Below are positions 17,385 to 27,760 of a DNA stretch of 64,000 nucleotides, piece by piece. How positions within the stretch are numbered: position 1 is the first letter of the stretch; every line of letters starts with the position of its first letter. Source of the DNA: an uncultured virus (IMG/VR IMGVR_UViG_3300020596_000022) (lineage: Duplodnaviria; Heunggongvirae; Uroviricota; Caudoviricetes); the IMG/VR virus record IMGVR_UViG_3300020596_000022; one strand, written 5' to 3'. The notes beneath the pieces are model-generated. The model had not been told where the DNA came from, did not search any database, and saw only the letters and a program-made list of their open reading frames with translations. The position numbers and the translations under genes were made by a program.

Positions 17385-19019
17385 CTATATATGTTTTAGA
17401 CGTTGAATTTTTGCTAGGAATTCATCTTTTTCTCTCTTATTGGAAAAAACAGTATTGGCGGCCGAGCCGATAGCACTACCAAAAAATAAACTTTCATCCA
17501 CAGAACGTAGTGCATCTTTCAATGCTTCTATATCTTTACCTGTTAATGTAACAGAATTAAGAATATAATCTTCATATGCTTTAACTGCCACAGGAACAAT
17601 AGGTTGGATTAACTGAAGCAACGCATCAGCATAAACTCTAATCTCATATTGTGCATGAGGATCTTGGCGCAACTTCAAGAAGTGGAAGAGATTATGTAGA
17701 TCTACACATCCATACATCTGAGAATATTGAGCTAAAGGAAGATTAATTCTTGCTAACTCTTTTCTCATTCCACTATTCAAATATCTTTCATAATTATGTC
17801 TAGTTAATTTTTGTTCGTCTTCAAAATATTTCTGCCAGTTCCAAGTAGAAGCAATTTGTTCTGGAGTTAAACAATCCCACCAATCATCAGGATTCTTAAT
17901 ATTAAAAGGTGTTATGATATCATCTGTGCCGCCTTGTTTATTATTAGGATTTTGAAAGGTGACTTTACTGGGATCTGGAACATAATATTCATTTTTCATT
18001 TCAGAATATCTTCCTGATTCTTCATTATAAGAATTATGGACTACAAAACCATTAGCAATAAAATTATGAAAAGAACCAGAAACGGAGATATCATAGGTAT
18101 ATTCCTGTCCCACATAAGAGACTTTTTTAATTTTGCTTAGTTTACCTACCAAGTGATGACCCCGATGACATTTTGCTTTCTTTTCTTCTGGTGGGATTTT
18201 TATATTATTATTCCAAGGAATACTACCTTTTTCAAAATAACTAGAATTTACTGACTGTCCGTTAGTATAAAGAGAAATATCATCCCAATACACAATATCT
18301 GTATTTTTTATGCCAACAAACTCCTTTAATTTTTTCCAACCATTTTCAGTATAAAATAAATGATCTTGAGATGTTTTTATTTTATATCCGTTTTCTAACT
18401 CAATTTCAAATATATGTTTAATGCCAGATTTCCATACGTCAGTAATATTGGTATGTTCTATGGTTTTATTTTCTTCATTCAAACACCTGAATGATCTTTT
18501 TTCTAAATATTTTTTTAATGGCATTCTCATAATAATACCATCTTGTGTAGTAATAGGCTTGGCGCCGTGGTGCCATTTATCATAAAAATCTGCAATAGTA
18601 ATTTTATTTCTACCTTTTGTGCCTTCTCTGATTGAACTAGGACTATCATACCACAATTCGGTATCTCCAGATAAACACCAAGTTCTATGGCGGTGCCATT
18701 GGCGAATAACAAATATTGGCGCCTTAACGTGGAACTTAAATTGAACCATCTCCATTGGTGTAGTATGTCTATGTCTTAGAAGATATCTAATGAGGCCTTC
18801 ATCTTCACTAACTTTCTTAGTGCCTTCTCCATAAGAAACTCTGGCAGCTTGTACGATAGAACTATCATTACCCATACTATCAACTAGACGAACAAATCCT
18901 TTATCTAGGACTCGGACAATTCTGTCTTCAGGTGTATCATATAAACCCATATCTTGGGACATCTGTGTTAGTTTTGTTAATGCTTCGTGTCGTTTGGTCT
19001 TCTGTTCTTCATCAGTCAT
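17385..19019 (-). CDS. thyX: flavin-dependent thymidylate synthase, intein-containing
   Basis: AARVSY, H.TP.E, PIFV.RQW.RHR|..[25 protein letters not shown]. Confidence 0.95.
   Translation of the reverse strand: MTDEEQKTKRHEALTKLTQMSQDMGLYDTPEDRIVRVLDKGFVRLVDSMGNDSSIVQAARVSYGEGTKKVSEDEGLIRYLLRHRHTTPMEMVQFKFHVKAPIFVIRQWHRHRTWCLSGDTELWYDSPSSIREGTKGRNKITIADFYDKWHHGAKPITTQDGIIMRMPLKKYLEKRSFRCLNEENKTIEHTNITDVWKSGIKHIFEIELENGYKIKTSQDHLFYTENGWKKLKEFVGIKNTDIVYWDDISLYTNGQSVNSSYFEKGSIPWNNNIKIPPEEKKAKCHRGHHLVGKLSKIKKVSYVGQEYTYDISVSGSFHNFIANGFVVHNSYNEESGRYSEMKNEYYVPDPSKVTFQNPNNKQGGTDDIITPFNIKNPDDWWDCLTPEQIASTWNWQKYFEDEQKLTRHNYERYLNSGMRKELARINLPLAQYSQMYGCVDLHNLFHFLKLRQDPHAQYEIRVYADALLQLIQPIVPVAVKAYEDYILNSVTLTGKDIEALKDALRSVDESLFFGSAIGSAANTVFSNKREKDEFLAKIQRLKHI
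18033..18677 (-). mobile_element. cis intein (215 aa, no intact endonuclease) inside the ThyX RHR-X7-S motif
   Basis: [11 protein letters not shown]...[11 protein letters not shown]...TYDISV...[16 protein letters not shown]. Confidence 0.92.
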
Positions 19020-19022
19020 ATT

Positions 19023-19256
19023 TTATTCCTCACTTATCGTTCTTTCTATTATATAAACACCAGCAAGAAGTCCATAATCATCTGCTTCACCCCAAACAAA
19101 TTTATATCCTTCCACTTTAACTTTTTTCCAGTTATTTTGTTTTGCTATAGCTTTAGCTTTCTTAACTACGGTAGCACTACGAAAATATAAACCCTTAGAA
19201 AAAGTATCTCCTAATACTAAACTTTGCGTGAATATTTCAAAAACAATTAAAGTCAT
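19023..19256 (-). CDS. hypothetical protein
   Basis: 77-aa ORF coupled between primase and thyX. Confidence 0.55.
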   Translation of the reverse strand: MTLIVFEIFTQSLVLGDTFSKGLYFRSATVVKKAKAIAKQNNWKKVKVEGYKFVWGEADDYGLLAGVYIIERTISEE

Positions 19257-19257
19257 C

Positions 19258-20265
19258 TCAACACCTTTTCCATTCAGCCAGTTTCATTTTAGCTCTAATA
19301 CCAGAGAAAGAATTAGCAAGAATCTCTTTATATATTTCTTCTTTAGAATGTCCAACTCTAACCATATCATTGATATCTTTTTCTTGAAACTGTTGTGGCC
19401 AAATACAAACAGTTCTATTATTTTCTACTGCGGCTGATACTAAAGAAACAATTTCTTTATTTCTTGGTTCATTATCAAACACCAAAACATAATCATTAAT
19501 GTTAGTAACAACGCGAAAAGATCTTTCAAGATCTGAACTTGCCACAGCTAAACAATTTGGAAGAAACAAACTATCAATCGGACCTTCAACAACTAAAACT
19601 TTTTTAGTTAAGTCTAGCCGCTCTTGACCGAAAATCAATGCTACTTCTTTATTAGCTCTTGCAGTAATATATCTCAACTGACTATCACCATCTAATGATC
19701 TACCCTGAAGTCCTATGACTTCATTCTGTTTATTAAAGAATGGTATTACAATTCTAGCATCATTAGAACGTAATGATGGATACTGGCCGGGAAACAGATC
19801 TTCTGTAAGCTTTGCAAAATCATCAGTAAAATATAACAAAGAAAGTTTATCTTCTGGAATCATTCTTGCTTTAATATACTCTTTAGCATAATGAGCATCA
19901 TCTAAAAGATCTATAGATGTTGCGTGTTGTGATACCATTTTCTTTAATGGTATTTTAACTATAGGAGCTGGGATGCTAATAGTTGTTTCTTTTTTATCTT
20001 TATATTTCTCAAGAATATATTCATTATACTGAAGAGGGAAAACTTTCTTCAAAAAATGTGCGAATGAAAGACTGATACCGCAATTATGGCAGTGATAATA
20101 TACTGAGGTTCCTTTGGCTAAGAAAAAACCTCTTGCTTTAGATAACTTCTTTTCACTGTCACCGCAGATTGGACACGAACAATTATACGTGTCTTTATCT
20201 TTACGCTTGAAATTACGTAATTGAGATCCACACAGATTTATATATTTTACATCAAGATACTGCAT
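19258..20265 (-). CDS. 61: DNA primase (T4 gp61-like)
   Basis: CPICGDS...CHNCG zinc finger, R.VIPF, QGR, VEGPIDSLF, DNEPRN, KDINDM. Confidence 0.95.
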   Translation of the reverse strand: MQYLDVKYINLCGSQLRNFKRKDKDTYNCSCPICGDSEKKLSKARGFFLAKGTSVYYHCHNCGISLSFAHFLKKVFPLQYNEYILEKYKDKKETTISIPAPIVKIPLKKMVSQHATSIDLLDDAHYAKEYIKARMIPEDKLSLLYFTDDFAKLTEDLFPGQYPSLRSNDARIVIPFFNKQNEVIGLQGRSLDGDSQLRYITARANKEVALIFGQERLDLTKKVLVVEGPIDSLFLPNCLAVASSDLERSFRVVTNINDYVLVFDNEPRNKEIVSLVSAAVENNRTVCIWPQQFQEKDINDMVRVGHSKEEIYKEILANSFSGIRAKMKLAEWKRC

Positions 20266-20277
20266 GATCTAATCATA

Positions 20278-20709
20278 TCATACTTCTTTAAGGAACACAA
20301 CACCCTTCATCGTTCCACCAAGCCAAGAAGTTTCTCCAACGTTTTTCATACCGTGTTTTTCATAGAATTGGATTGCTCTACTATTTTCTGCTCTCACGGT
20401 CAACCATACTGGCTTATTAACTAGTTTAAAAAACTGCTCTAATATCAATCCAGCTTTACCTGAACCTTCTTGAGCATTTAATATTTGATGTAGAATTATA
20501 TCTCCACGTTTGGCTTCTTGAGTGCCTATTCTTTGTCTTTTTTGATATTCGTTATATGTGATTATAACTCCCTGCTCAAAAATACAGTTACCTCTTTCGA
20601 TCTGTCTACGTAGATAGTCCTTTCGGATATGAGGGAACCAAGTTTTGTTTTTATAGAAAGCTTGAAAGATTTCATTCAAGTCATCTAAATCTGCATGATT
20701 TAATTGCAT
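20278..20709 (-). CDS. GNAT-family acetyltransferase
   Basis: LHQI...GSG.A, WLTVR.EN.RA..FYEK.GM. Confidence 0.8.
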   Translation of the reverse strand: MQLNHADLDDLNEIFQAFYKNKTWFPHIRKDYLRRQIERGNCIFEQGVIITYNEYQKRQRIGTQEAKRGDIILHQILNAQEGSGKAGLILEQFFKLVNKPVWLTVRAENSRAIQFYEKHGMKNVGETSWLGGTMKGVVFLKEV

Positions 20710-21962
20710 AGATTTTCTCGTATCAGCTTGCGGAATTTTTCGTCCATTACAACGTCAATTACAAGATGAATACGAATATCATCACCACCATTTACTGCCA
20801 TATGCGGCTTACGAAAATCAAATAACCAAGCTTCACCCTGTTTCATTGTCTGTTCTACTTTCTCGCCGTTTGTGTTCCACATAGTGAATAATACTTTAGG
20901 ATTAGTTATAATAGGAATATGAAACCTCATAATACGTCCATCAGAGATTCCAGAATCACCTTCAACGTGATCTACGTGCCTAGATAATTCACCGCCTCCT
21001 GGTTGAAGTCTCATCAATCTGATACGGTCAAAATTTGTACTTGGAAAATCTCTGAGTATCTTTTCAAGTTCAGGAAACTTTTTACGTAATTCAGTATCTT
21101 GTAATACTAGATTATCGTTTTCGTGTTCTTTCTGCCACGCTTCATTCATACAAGAAGGTTTTTCAATCATTGTTATTTCAGAAGAATAACCTCTAATAGA
21201 CAACGCACCCCAAGCTTTAGACTTATTATATTTTGAATAGTGATTAGCAAACTCTCCATCAAGTTCACGAATACGATCACCCATTGCTTCAGCTAATGCT
21301 TTAAAATCAGGAAGAGTTTTAAGCTGTAACATATAAGCAAGTTCAGCTTGATCTACAACTGGATGTTTCCGAGTCGGTGTCTCATTGTCACCATCTCGGA
21401 AGTAAATACCATATACCTCAGAGAATGAACTAATCTTAACACCAATCTTTTTGAAGCCTGCACCTAAAGCAATTTCTTTTTGAACTGGATCTTCTTCCCA
21501 AATATAAAACCAAATAGGTTCTCGCCATTCATTAATACGTGAAATGAAGGCAGCAATATCTGGAGCTTCTGAAACACCTTGACTATAAGCAATAGCATTA
21601 ATAATTCTATCACCTCTAAGCTTACGACCAATCACAACATCAAAATACATCACAATATCAGTAGATGTTTTTGCTATATGAGTATCAATGTATCCAGGAC
21701 AAGGAACGTTTTCGCAATATAAAAGTTTGCCGTTTTTACCACCACCTAAATTTTCGTAATAACATTCACATAATTCAACTATACGCTGTTTAGAAAGACT
21801 ATCGGCAACTTTAGGATTGTTCCACGTAGAGAATGGACCTCTGGCAAACTTATTATAACTACAATCAAAAGTAGATCTGTAGTCTTCAATTTCTTTTATA
21901 TCAAAACCTTTCTGCCAAGGTTTCATTTGTTCTGGTGTTTGATTGTAGCGTGGAGTTCCCAT
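20700..21962 (-). CDS. AspH-like Fe(II)/2OG dioxygenase with N-terminal GNAT-like domain
   Basis: R.RLM.L.PG..L.RHVD...RFHIPI.TN...D.R.PH.A.N.G...RIHLVID (HxD...H triad). Confidence 0.75.
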   Translation of the reverse strand: MGTPRYNQTPEQMKPWQKGFDIKEIEDYRSTFDCSYNKFARGPFSTWNNPKVADSLSKQRIVELCECYYENLGGGKNGKLLYCENVPCPGYIDTHIAKTSTDIVMYFDVVIGRKLRGDRIINAIAYSQGVSEAPDIAAFISRINEWREPIWFYIWEEDPVQKEIALGAGFKKIGVKISSFSEVYGIYFRDGDNETPTRKHPVVDQAELAYMLQLKTLPDFKALAEAMGDRIRELDGEFANHYSKYNKSKAWGALSIRGYSSEITMIEKPSCMNEAWQKEHENDNLVLQDTELRKKFPELEKILRDFPSTNFDRIRLMRLQPGGGELSRHVDHVEGDSGISDGRIMRFHIPIITNPKVLFTMWNTNGEKVEQTMKQGEAWLFDFRKPHMAVNGGDDIRIHLVIDVVMDEKFRKLIRENLCN

Positions 21963-22019
21963 AATATTTCTCACTTAAAATAACAAATACAGTATATCAA
22001 ATCGGACAAATAAAGGCAA

Positions 22020-22259
22020 CTATTTTTTTAGTGCTTTTACTTCTACTTCCAGATTGGACACTCGGACAAGGAGAGCTTCAAGAGTTTGAACTAATTGGTG
22101 AGGAAGTAATCTCTTCTTCTCTTGAGATACGACAACCTTTTCTTGGACTCCAACAGCTACAGCATCTTTATCAACTTCTATAATCTTTGACGGAAGAAGT
22201 TGTTCTTGTGTTGCTTGTTTAGCTTTTCTTGGTTTCTTCTCTTTCTTTTCTTTAGCCAT
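22020..22259 (-). CDS. hypothetical protein
   Basis: 79-aa ORF directly after the o-spanin. Confidence 0.6.
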   Translation of the reverse strand: MAKEKKEKKPRKAKQATQEQLLPSKIIEVDKDAVAVGVQEKVVVSQEKKRLLPHQLVQTLEALLVRVSNLEVEVKALKK

Positions 22260-22589
22260 TTATTTCCCCTCGTAGTAATGTTTATATAGAATGATAATTT
22301 TTCTTTGTAGTAAAAGATGTGTTTTAATATCACCAACATTGATCGCTAGTGCTTTATAATCAGCACCAGTTAAAGCAAACACTACAGGCTGAAGACCTTG
22401 CTTTTCAAGTTCAGCAAATACTGTGGCAGCATTGTCTTTATGAATAACGACAAACTCAACCTTCTTAAGTTTAAGTGGAGCTGGCTGAGAAAGATTAAGT
22501 GGAACTCTTTCCGTTGGTGTTGTAAAGGTATTTAACCCACAACCAGTTAGCATACACAACATTAATAGACTTACAATTATATTTTTCAT
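22260..22589 (-). CDS. o-spanin (outer-membrane lipoprotein)
   Basis: LTGC lipobox; P.P..L, Y..LA.N..DI...L..Q..II.YYE pattern of T4-like o-spanins. Confidence 0.75.
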   Translation of the reverse strand: MKNIIVSLLMLCMLTGCGLNTFTTPTERVPLNLSQPAPLKLKKVEFVVIHKDNAATVFAELEKQGLQPVVFALTGADYKALAINVGDIKTHLLLQRKIIILYKHYYEGK

Positions 22590-22714
22590 TTTACACCTTT
22601 ACAAATACATAATATTAATCCCGTGGCTGGGTCTAAATTACAATCACTTTTTGGTTTACTTTTACAGGCACAACCAAAACAAAACATTATAACTAAACAT
22701 AATATAAATTTCAC
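22586..22714 (-). CDS. 42-aa Cys-rich lipoprotein-like peptide (not in ORF track)
   Basis: GTG start overlaps the i-spanin stop and TGA overlaps the o-spanin ATG; MKFILCLVIMFCFGC-ACKSKPKSDCNLDPATGLILCICKGVK. Confidence 0.6.
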   Translation of the reverse strand: MKFILCLVIMFCFGCACKSKPKSDCNLDPATGLILCICKGVK

Positions 22715-23121
22715 TTGCAATCTCCGCCTGCACTAATTACTTCAAAACAATCAAAAACTTCCTGGGTGGCTTTATTAACTAGCTTCTGAACTAATGTAGT
22801 TTTCTTTTGTGCTAGTTCTTCTAATGATTTCTTTTTCTTGGTTTCTCTGTATAACGTTTCTTCTAGCTTTTTCTTTTCAGCATCAAGACTTTCTTTTGCG
22901 GCTACAAGATCATCTTTTGCTTTTACAACATTAGCAATATCTTTTTGCATCTGTTCTACTGCACGTTTCTGTTGCTCTACAACCAAAAGTAATTCTGTTT
23001 TTTCTTTCTGTAGAACTTCAACCGAATGGCGAAGGAAGTAAATATAACCCAATACACTTAGAACAAGAACTATTGCGGCTGTGTACTTATTAAATATTAA
23101 AGCAAGTATTTGTGGAGGCAT
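22711..23121 (-). CDS. i-spanin
   Basis: single N-terminal TM helix plus coiled coil; L.ELA.KK..LV...VN.AT..VF. Confidence 0.75.
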   Translation of the reverse strand: MPPQILALIFNKYTAAIVLVLSVLGYIYFLRHSVEVLQKEKTELLLVVEQQKRAVEQMQKDIANVVKAKDDLVAAKESLDAEKKKLEETLYRETKKKKSLEELAQKKTTLVQKLVNKATQEVFDCFEVISAGGDCK

Positions 23122-23125
23122 AATA

Positions 23126-23524
23126 TTATCTCATCATTTGTCGTTTAATCAACCAGTAACCATCATCAACTATCTTATATATAGTATCAATTTTTTTAAG
23201 TTTGTAGACTGTAGCATCTATTTCTTCTTTTATTTCTTTATCTTCCACAAGAGCTTTTACTTTACACGGCTCTGTTAAACCTGACTTAGCTCCAAGGAAA
23301 TATTCTAACTCATCTATCTGATTCAGATCGTGTGCTATCCATAATTGTCCAGCTACGTATGAATTTCCTATCTGTGTGTATCCAGCATCTTCACCCATAT
23401 CCCACAATGTTCCAAAAACCTTTGTGTGATCTTCCCAAGTTAGTAACTCAAATCCAGGAAACGGAGCATCATCAAGTCTAAACTTGTCTACCCTGAGATT
23501 ATTGAAGATGAAAAATGCTCGCAT
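23126..23524 (-). CDS. gamma-glutamylcyclotransferase-like protein (divergent)
   Basis: F...LR...G.LWD.G..., V.G.L, L..F.G pattern. Confidence 0.45.
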   Translation of the reverse strand: MRAFFIFNNLRVDKFRLDDAPFPGFELLTWEDHTKVFGTLWDMGEDAGYTQIGNSYVAGQLWIAHDLNQIDELEYFLGAKSGLTEPCKVKALVEDKEIKEEIDATVYKLKKIDTIYKIVDDGYWLIKRQMMR

Positions 23525-23994
23525 CTTTGGTACACCGAACAAATATTTTTTATATAAACCTCTGTTTGTTTAAACGGAGGTATTGTCTTATTGTATTTAT
23601 CAACATTTCCTGGACCTGCATTGTAAGCGGCCAATGCAAGCTTTACTGATTTATATTTACGTAATTGCATGGCAAGATATCTAATACCACCATCAAGATT
23701 TTGTTCTGGATGATGGCGGTCAACTTTTAACCACTTAGCAGTTTTTGGCATCAACTGCATTAAACCTACAGCGCCTTTTTTTGATATTGCTAGTGAATTG
23801 AATTTGCTTTCTTGTTGAATTATTGAAAAAATTAGTTTAGGATTTATCTGATACTTTAATGAAATTCTAATTATCTGTTCAGCTAAAGTTTCTTTATGTT
23901 GTGGTATAATATATTTTGGCATTGGATTCATCTGAATATCTTGAGGGTAAATTAAAGATCCAATAGTAGCAATAAGCATCACTGTCATTTTCAT
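23488..23994 (-). CDS. lytic transglycosylase (SLT domain)
   Basis: I.QES.FN..A.S.KGA.GLMQLMP.TA, N..GG.RYL, LAAYNAGPG.V. Confidence 0.93.
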   Translation of the reverse strand: MKMTVMLIATIGSLIYPQDIQMNPMPKYIIPQHKETLAEQIIRISLKYQINPKLIFSIIQQESKFNSLAISKKGAVGLMQLMPKTAKWLKVDRHHPEQNLDGGIRYLAMQLRKYKSVKLALAAYNAGPGNVDKYNKTIPPFKQTEVYIKNICSVYQRCEHFSSSIISG

Positions 23995-24007
23995 AATGTA
24001 TATCCCA

Positions 24008-24041
24008 AAAAGAAAGGGCGGGATATTTCTACCCCGCCCTT
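24008..24041 (-). terminator. intrinsic terminator
   Basis: AAGGGCGGG-GTAGAAATAT-CCCGCCCTT-TCTTTTT. Confidence 0.85.
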
Positions 24042-24054
24042 AGTTTATTTCAAC

Positions 24055-25494
24055 TTACTTACACACATGTGTTGGACAATTATTAACAATAGTATGAATA
24101 TTGTTTTCAATTGGCTTGGTTAGAGCAAGTCCAGGACCATCATTCTTACATGCAGCGCGCCCAGCGTGTTGAGCTTGAGCAGCATACTTGTATTGTGTCT
24201 TTGCAAGAGAACTAATAAGCTTCAACAATTCTTTGTTGATATCTCGTTCACATTCTCCAGGACATAGTAACACTTCAGTCTTAAGTTTAGTAATAGCTTC
24301 TACGATTGCTTTATGTGTAGCTTTTGCAGAAGTAGTACCCTTACCAGCAAGTTTAGTAAATGCTTTATTACATTTTACCGCACCATTAAAGTAAGGAATA
24401 GTTTTCTTGAGAAGTAAAGTATGAGCAAGCTTGATAAGCTTTTTCTTATCAATCCTAATCTTAGTAACTTCACCACCAGAACCACCACAAGTACCACACT
24501 TATCTACAAGTGTACCACCATTAGGAATTCCAGAACAATCAAGACAACTATTTGAACCAGAACAAACACCACACGAGTCGGGTTTATTTGGACCATTAGG
24601 TATACCAGAACAATCTACACATGATGTACCATCGCCACCACACATACCACAACTATCTGTTTTCTTGCCACCGTTTGGTACACCAGCACAATCAAGACAT
24701 GTGTTGTTTTGTCCACCACACACTCCACAATCGTCTAGTTTCTTACCACTGTTTGCAGTACCATCACAACCTTTACATGCTGAACCATCGCCGCCGCAGA
24801 TACCACAAGCATCTACCGTAGCTTCACCGAATGGAGCACCGGCACAGTCAAACACACAAGCGCCTTGATGATCGCCGTGCTGAATGTGTGCTGGGAGAGC
24901 TTCTAGCGCAACTTCAATATTAATTGCGCGAGGATCTGATTCACCAGTCAAGTGACAAATCTTAACCTTTTCAGAAGGAGTTGGACTCGCACTCGGCTGA
25001 GGAGTTGGAGTAGAACTCGGCTGAGGAGTTGGACTCGCACTTGGTTCAGGAGTTGGAGTAGAACTCGGCTGAGGAGTTGGACTACCTTCAGGGGTTGGAC
25101 TTACACTTGGGTTTGGAGTCGGGCTCGCACTCGGTCTAGGAGTTGGAGTACAACTCGGAGTCGCTGTAGGTGTAGCAGTCGGAGTTGGTGTAGGATTTCC
25201 TTGGTCTGATTCACAAACACCAAAATAATCTCCACCGTGTTGTCCAGGAAAGTGACCAACACCATCATTATCTACCGCATTTTGCGATACACAAATTGTA
25301 TGTTCATTTTTAGGACATCCTGGAGGTACGTGACATACATTTACTTTGCCCCGATCAAGATCTGCATTACTACAGATATGAGCTACGTCTTTACCTTGGG
25401 ATTTACATTTGTCTTTACATTTGTCTTTATTTGTTGCATATGCTGTACTACAACAGCAACACAAAATAAGACAACAGGTTATTAGTTTATTCAT
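24055..25494 (-). CDS. secreted Cys-rich protein with Pro/Thr/Ser linker and CGxCGGxxxC repeats
   Basis: signal peptide; two V.(I/V)CH...I.V...A...H..D..G.C modules; PT linker; five D.CG.C.G repeats. Confidence 0.8.
   Translation of the reverse strand: MNKLITCCLILCCCCSTAYATNKDKCKDKCKSQGKDVAHICSNADLDRGKVNVCHVPPGCPKNEHTICVSQNAVDNDGVGHFPGQHGGDYFGVCESDQGNPTPTPTATPTATPSCTPTPRPSASPTPNPSVSPTPEGSPTPQPSSTPTPEPSASPTPQPSSTPTPQPSASPTPSEKVKICHLTGESDPRAINIEVALEALPAHIQHGDHQGACVFDCAGAPFGEATVDACGICGGDGSACKGCDGTANSGKKLDDCGVCGGQNNTCLDCAGVPNGGKKTDSCGMCGGDGTSCVDCSGIPNGPNKPDSCGVCSGSNSCLDCSGIPNGGTLVDKCGTCGGSGGEVTKIRIDKKKLIKLAHTLLLKKTIPYFNGAVKCNKAFTKLAGKGTTSAKATHKAIVEAITKLKTEVLLCPGECERDINKELLKLISSLAKTQYKYAAQAQHAGRAACKNDGPGLALTKPIENNIHTIVNNCPTHVCK
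24978..25192 (-). repeat. coding tandem repeats (about 24-nt units) for the PT/PS linker
   Basis: repeated ggagttggactcgcac and ggagttggagtagaactcggctga units encoding PSASPTP/PSSTPTP. Confidence 0.8.
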
Positions 25495-25540
25495 TTTTAT
25501 TCACTCCAATTAATTAATTACAAAAGTAATTTTATTTTAT

Positions 25541-25882
25541 CTAGTTTAACACATCTTTATCTATTTCGCAATCTTTTCCTTCATACATACATTCCACCAT
25601 GGCTCTAGCATCATCTTTAATCATGGATGATAAACCATTTATGATCTGTGTCATTCGTGAAACATCAGACCAATTGTTGTTTTCCACCGCATTGATTAAA
25701 TTATTAATATATTCTTTTTGAGTTTTAATTACCTCAGTATAAGAATCAAGTCTAACGGAAGCTGGATGATCTTTTCCAAATTTTTGAATTATGGTTGCGG
25801 CAGCCATGCTGATAGCACCCTCTAATACTGAGACACTCTGTTTAAGTTTTATGATAATTTCTTTTTGTGGAGTGTCACTCAT
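25541..25882 (-). CDS. helical hypothetical protein
   Basis: coupled to the upstream ORF; helical periodicity. Confidence 0.7.
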   Translation of the reverse strand: MSDTPQKEIIIKLKQSVSVLEGAISMAAATIIQKFGKDHPASVRLDSYTEVIKTQKEYINNLINAVENNNWSDVSRMTQIINGLSSMIKDDARAMVECMYEGKDCEIDKDVLN

Positions 25883-25883
25883 A

Positions 25884-26201
25884 TTATTGTACTTGACTTG
25901 TTTGTTTTCTACCGAAGACAACGGTTACGACCTCCACAATAACTTTCGGATCTTTTGAAGTAACCGTACTAACAAAGATTCCCGGCTCAAAAGCACGTTC
26001 TTTAATGAGTTGAATTTTTTCTTCATCTGGTATCTGTAAGTTGGCTTGAATGTTATAATTTATTTCTACTACAACTGAACCAACCCTATCATCAATTATC
26101 TTGGTAATCATTCCGTAGATTGGGTATGTTTGTCCGACTTCAATATCGCCAGATACAACCTCTAAACCAAACTTATCAAAAAAATCTTTTTCGTTACTCA
26201 T
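25884..26201 (-). CDS. hypothetical beta-rich protein
   Basis: GGAG SD; GLEVVSGD.EVG.TYPIYGMITK. Confidence 0.7.
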   Translation of the reverse strand: MSNEKDFFDKFGLEVVSGDIEVGQTYPIYGMITKIIDDRVGSVVVEINYNIQANLQIPDEEKIQLIKERAFEPGIFVSTVTSKDPKVIVEVVTVVFGRKQTSQVQ

Positions 26202-26303
26202 AATAATATTTATCTCCAAGCATAGATTAAACTCTATAATCTTATTATAACATATCTATATCACCTTGACAATAGGGTATTTGATATATTTTGGAGCTTG
26301 TAA

Positions 26304-26840
26304 CTACTTAGAATAACTCTTGAATTTCTTGCGGTTTCTTATGACTGGACCACCTGTGGCAACGGTTAAACCGGCTACACCACCTCCACCAACGGAATTT
26401 GCTGCGGCGTCTTCTTCTATTTCTTTCTTCATTAACAATTCAACTTGTTTTTTAAGTTCTGGATCTGAAAGAACTATATCATAGAAGTCCATGAATGATT
26501 CATATGCAATATCTTCATTCAAACATAGTTCGTGGTTTCTTTCTTCTTTCATTAAGAATAATCCAGCTATGAATGTTGCCAGCTTGCTTTTGCCGTTTGG
26601 TAATCTTTCAATGATTTTTTTAATATTCAATACTAGAATATCAAACAAAGTAAATGCGCCTTTTTCTTTTGGTTCTGTTAGTGTTGCTCGCTTGCGGAGA
26701 ACTTTACCATCTTCATCTATGATGCCAAGTTTGAAGGCTTCCCATTCTGTAAATGGAGTTGTTAATTTTTTAAGAAAGGAATATAGAACTAGAAAATCTA
26801 CGGCACCTTCAGTTAGCAATGTTCGTTTTGGTGTACTCAT
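26304..26840 (-). CDS. conserved T4-like phage protein
   Basis: FLKKLTTPF.EW.A.KLGIID..GK.L motif. Confidence 0.75.
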   Translation of the reverse strand: MSTPKRTLLTEGAVDFLVLYSFLKKLTTPFTEWEAFKLGIIDEDGKVLRKRATLTEPKEKGAFTLFDILVLNIKKIIERLPNGKSKLATFIAGLFLMKEERNHELCLNEDIAYESFMDFYDIVLSDPELKKQVELLMKKEIEEDAAANSVGGGGVAGLTVATGGPVIRNRKKFKSYSK

Positions 26841-27253
26841 TAGATTTCTCTCAGAGCTTTAATTATTCCTGCGTCTAGTGGAATATCAGTGTCTAAAATT
26901 GTTTTACCATTTATACCATAGACTCTATCTGGCATATAATGTTTATAAACTAAAAAGGTCTTAAGATAAGACCAAAGATGAGAATCAATTTTGAAGAATA
27001 ACATTCTTGTACAGGCTTCAACACCAAATACATTATAAAGAACGATCATATGATTAAGAATCAATTGATCTTTTAATTCTCCCGTTTCTTTATAACGGTT
27101 GAGGAGTCTCTTGAGATATTTTATCCTTAACAGATCATCGTGAAAGTCATCAATACTTACGCACTGAGGATTCTCATAGTTCTGCATAGCATACATCAAG
27201 AAGTTTTCATCCGTCAACCGTTCGTAGTTGATTTTGCTCATCATACTCAACAT
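26840..27253 (-). CDS. conserved T4-like phage protein
   Basis: LT..NF..YA...Y.NPQC....F..DL.R.KY.KRL...LILNH...LYNVF. Confidence 0.8.
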   Translation of the reverse strand: MLSMMSKINYERLTDENFLMYAMQNYENPQCVSIDDFHDDLLRIKYLKRLLNRYKETGELKDQLILNHMIVLYNVFGVEACTRMLFFKIDSHLWSYLKTFLVYKHYMPDRVYGINGKTILDTDIPLDAGIIKALREI

Positions 27254-27266
27254 AATAATTCTGTCG

Positions 27267-27749
27267 TTACGCTACTGGACGTGTTCCTGCAGCGGCTCCG
27301 GCAACACTTGAAATACTAACGTTAGATGGAGCGCCACCTAGATTATCAGTCACAGTACCTAAAAGAGTTTGTGCGGCAACTGAAAGTGTTCCTGCTTCTG
27401 AAGGAACAACACCATCAAACCGAACATCATATGTTCCAATTTGTGCTGGGGCAGTAAGCGTTACGTTACCAAAAGGACCCGACCATGAAGCTTCTATTGT
27501 TGCTCCGACAACCACATCAACTTTTTCGTTGTAGTGTACAAACACCTTAAGTGCTTGTCCTTGTATATATGAACCATTTTCAAAACGTGTGGTTAATACA
27601 TCGGCAGCACCGGCTTTTGTTGTTAGATTGCTAATAGCTACTAGAACTTCTCCAGTATTAGGGTCAACCCAACCAGCGGCCGTTGCAACGGCAGGGCCAG
27701 ATTTAGGGTTTTGAAATGTTGGGGGTGTATCGTTAGTCCAAAGTGACAT
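27267..27749 (-). CDS. putative virion structural protein (beta-rich)
   Basis: MSLW start; AT..GWV....EVLVA; Gly/Ala/Thr-rich. Confidence 0.6.
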   Translation of the reverse strand: MSLWTNDTPPTFQNPKSGPAVATAAGWVDPNTGEVLVAISNLTTKAGAADVLTTRFENGSYIQGQALKVFVHYNEKVDVVVGATIEASWSGPFGNVTLTAPAQIGTYDVRFDGVVPSEAGTLSVAAQTLLGTVTDNLGGAPSNVSISSVAGAAAGTRPVA

Positions 27750-27760
27750 GTTGTTTTCTC

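Noticed and set aside
24978..25192. Non-coding repeat array or diversity-generating retroelement repeat
   Set aside because: In-frame repeats encoding a Pro/Thr/Ser linker; no reverse transcriptase in the window
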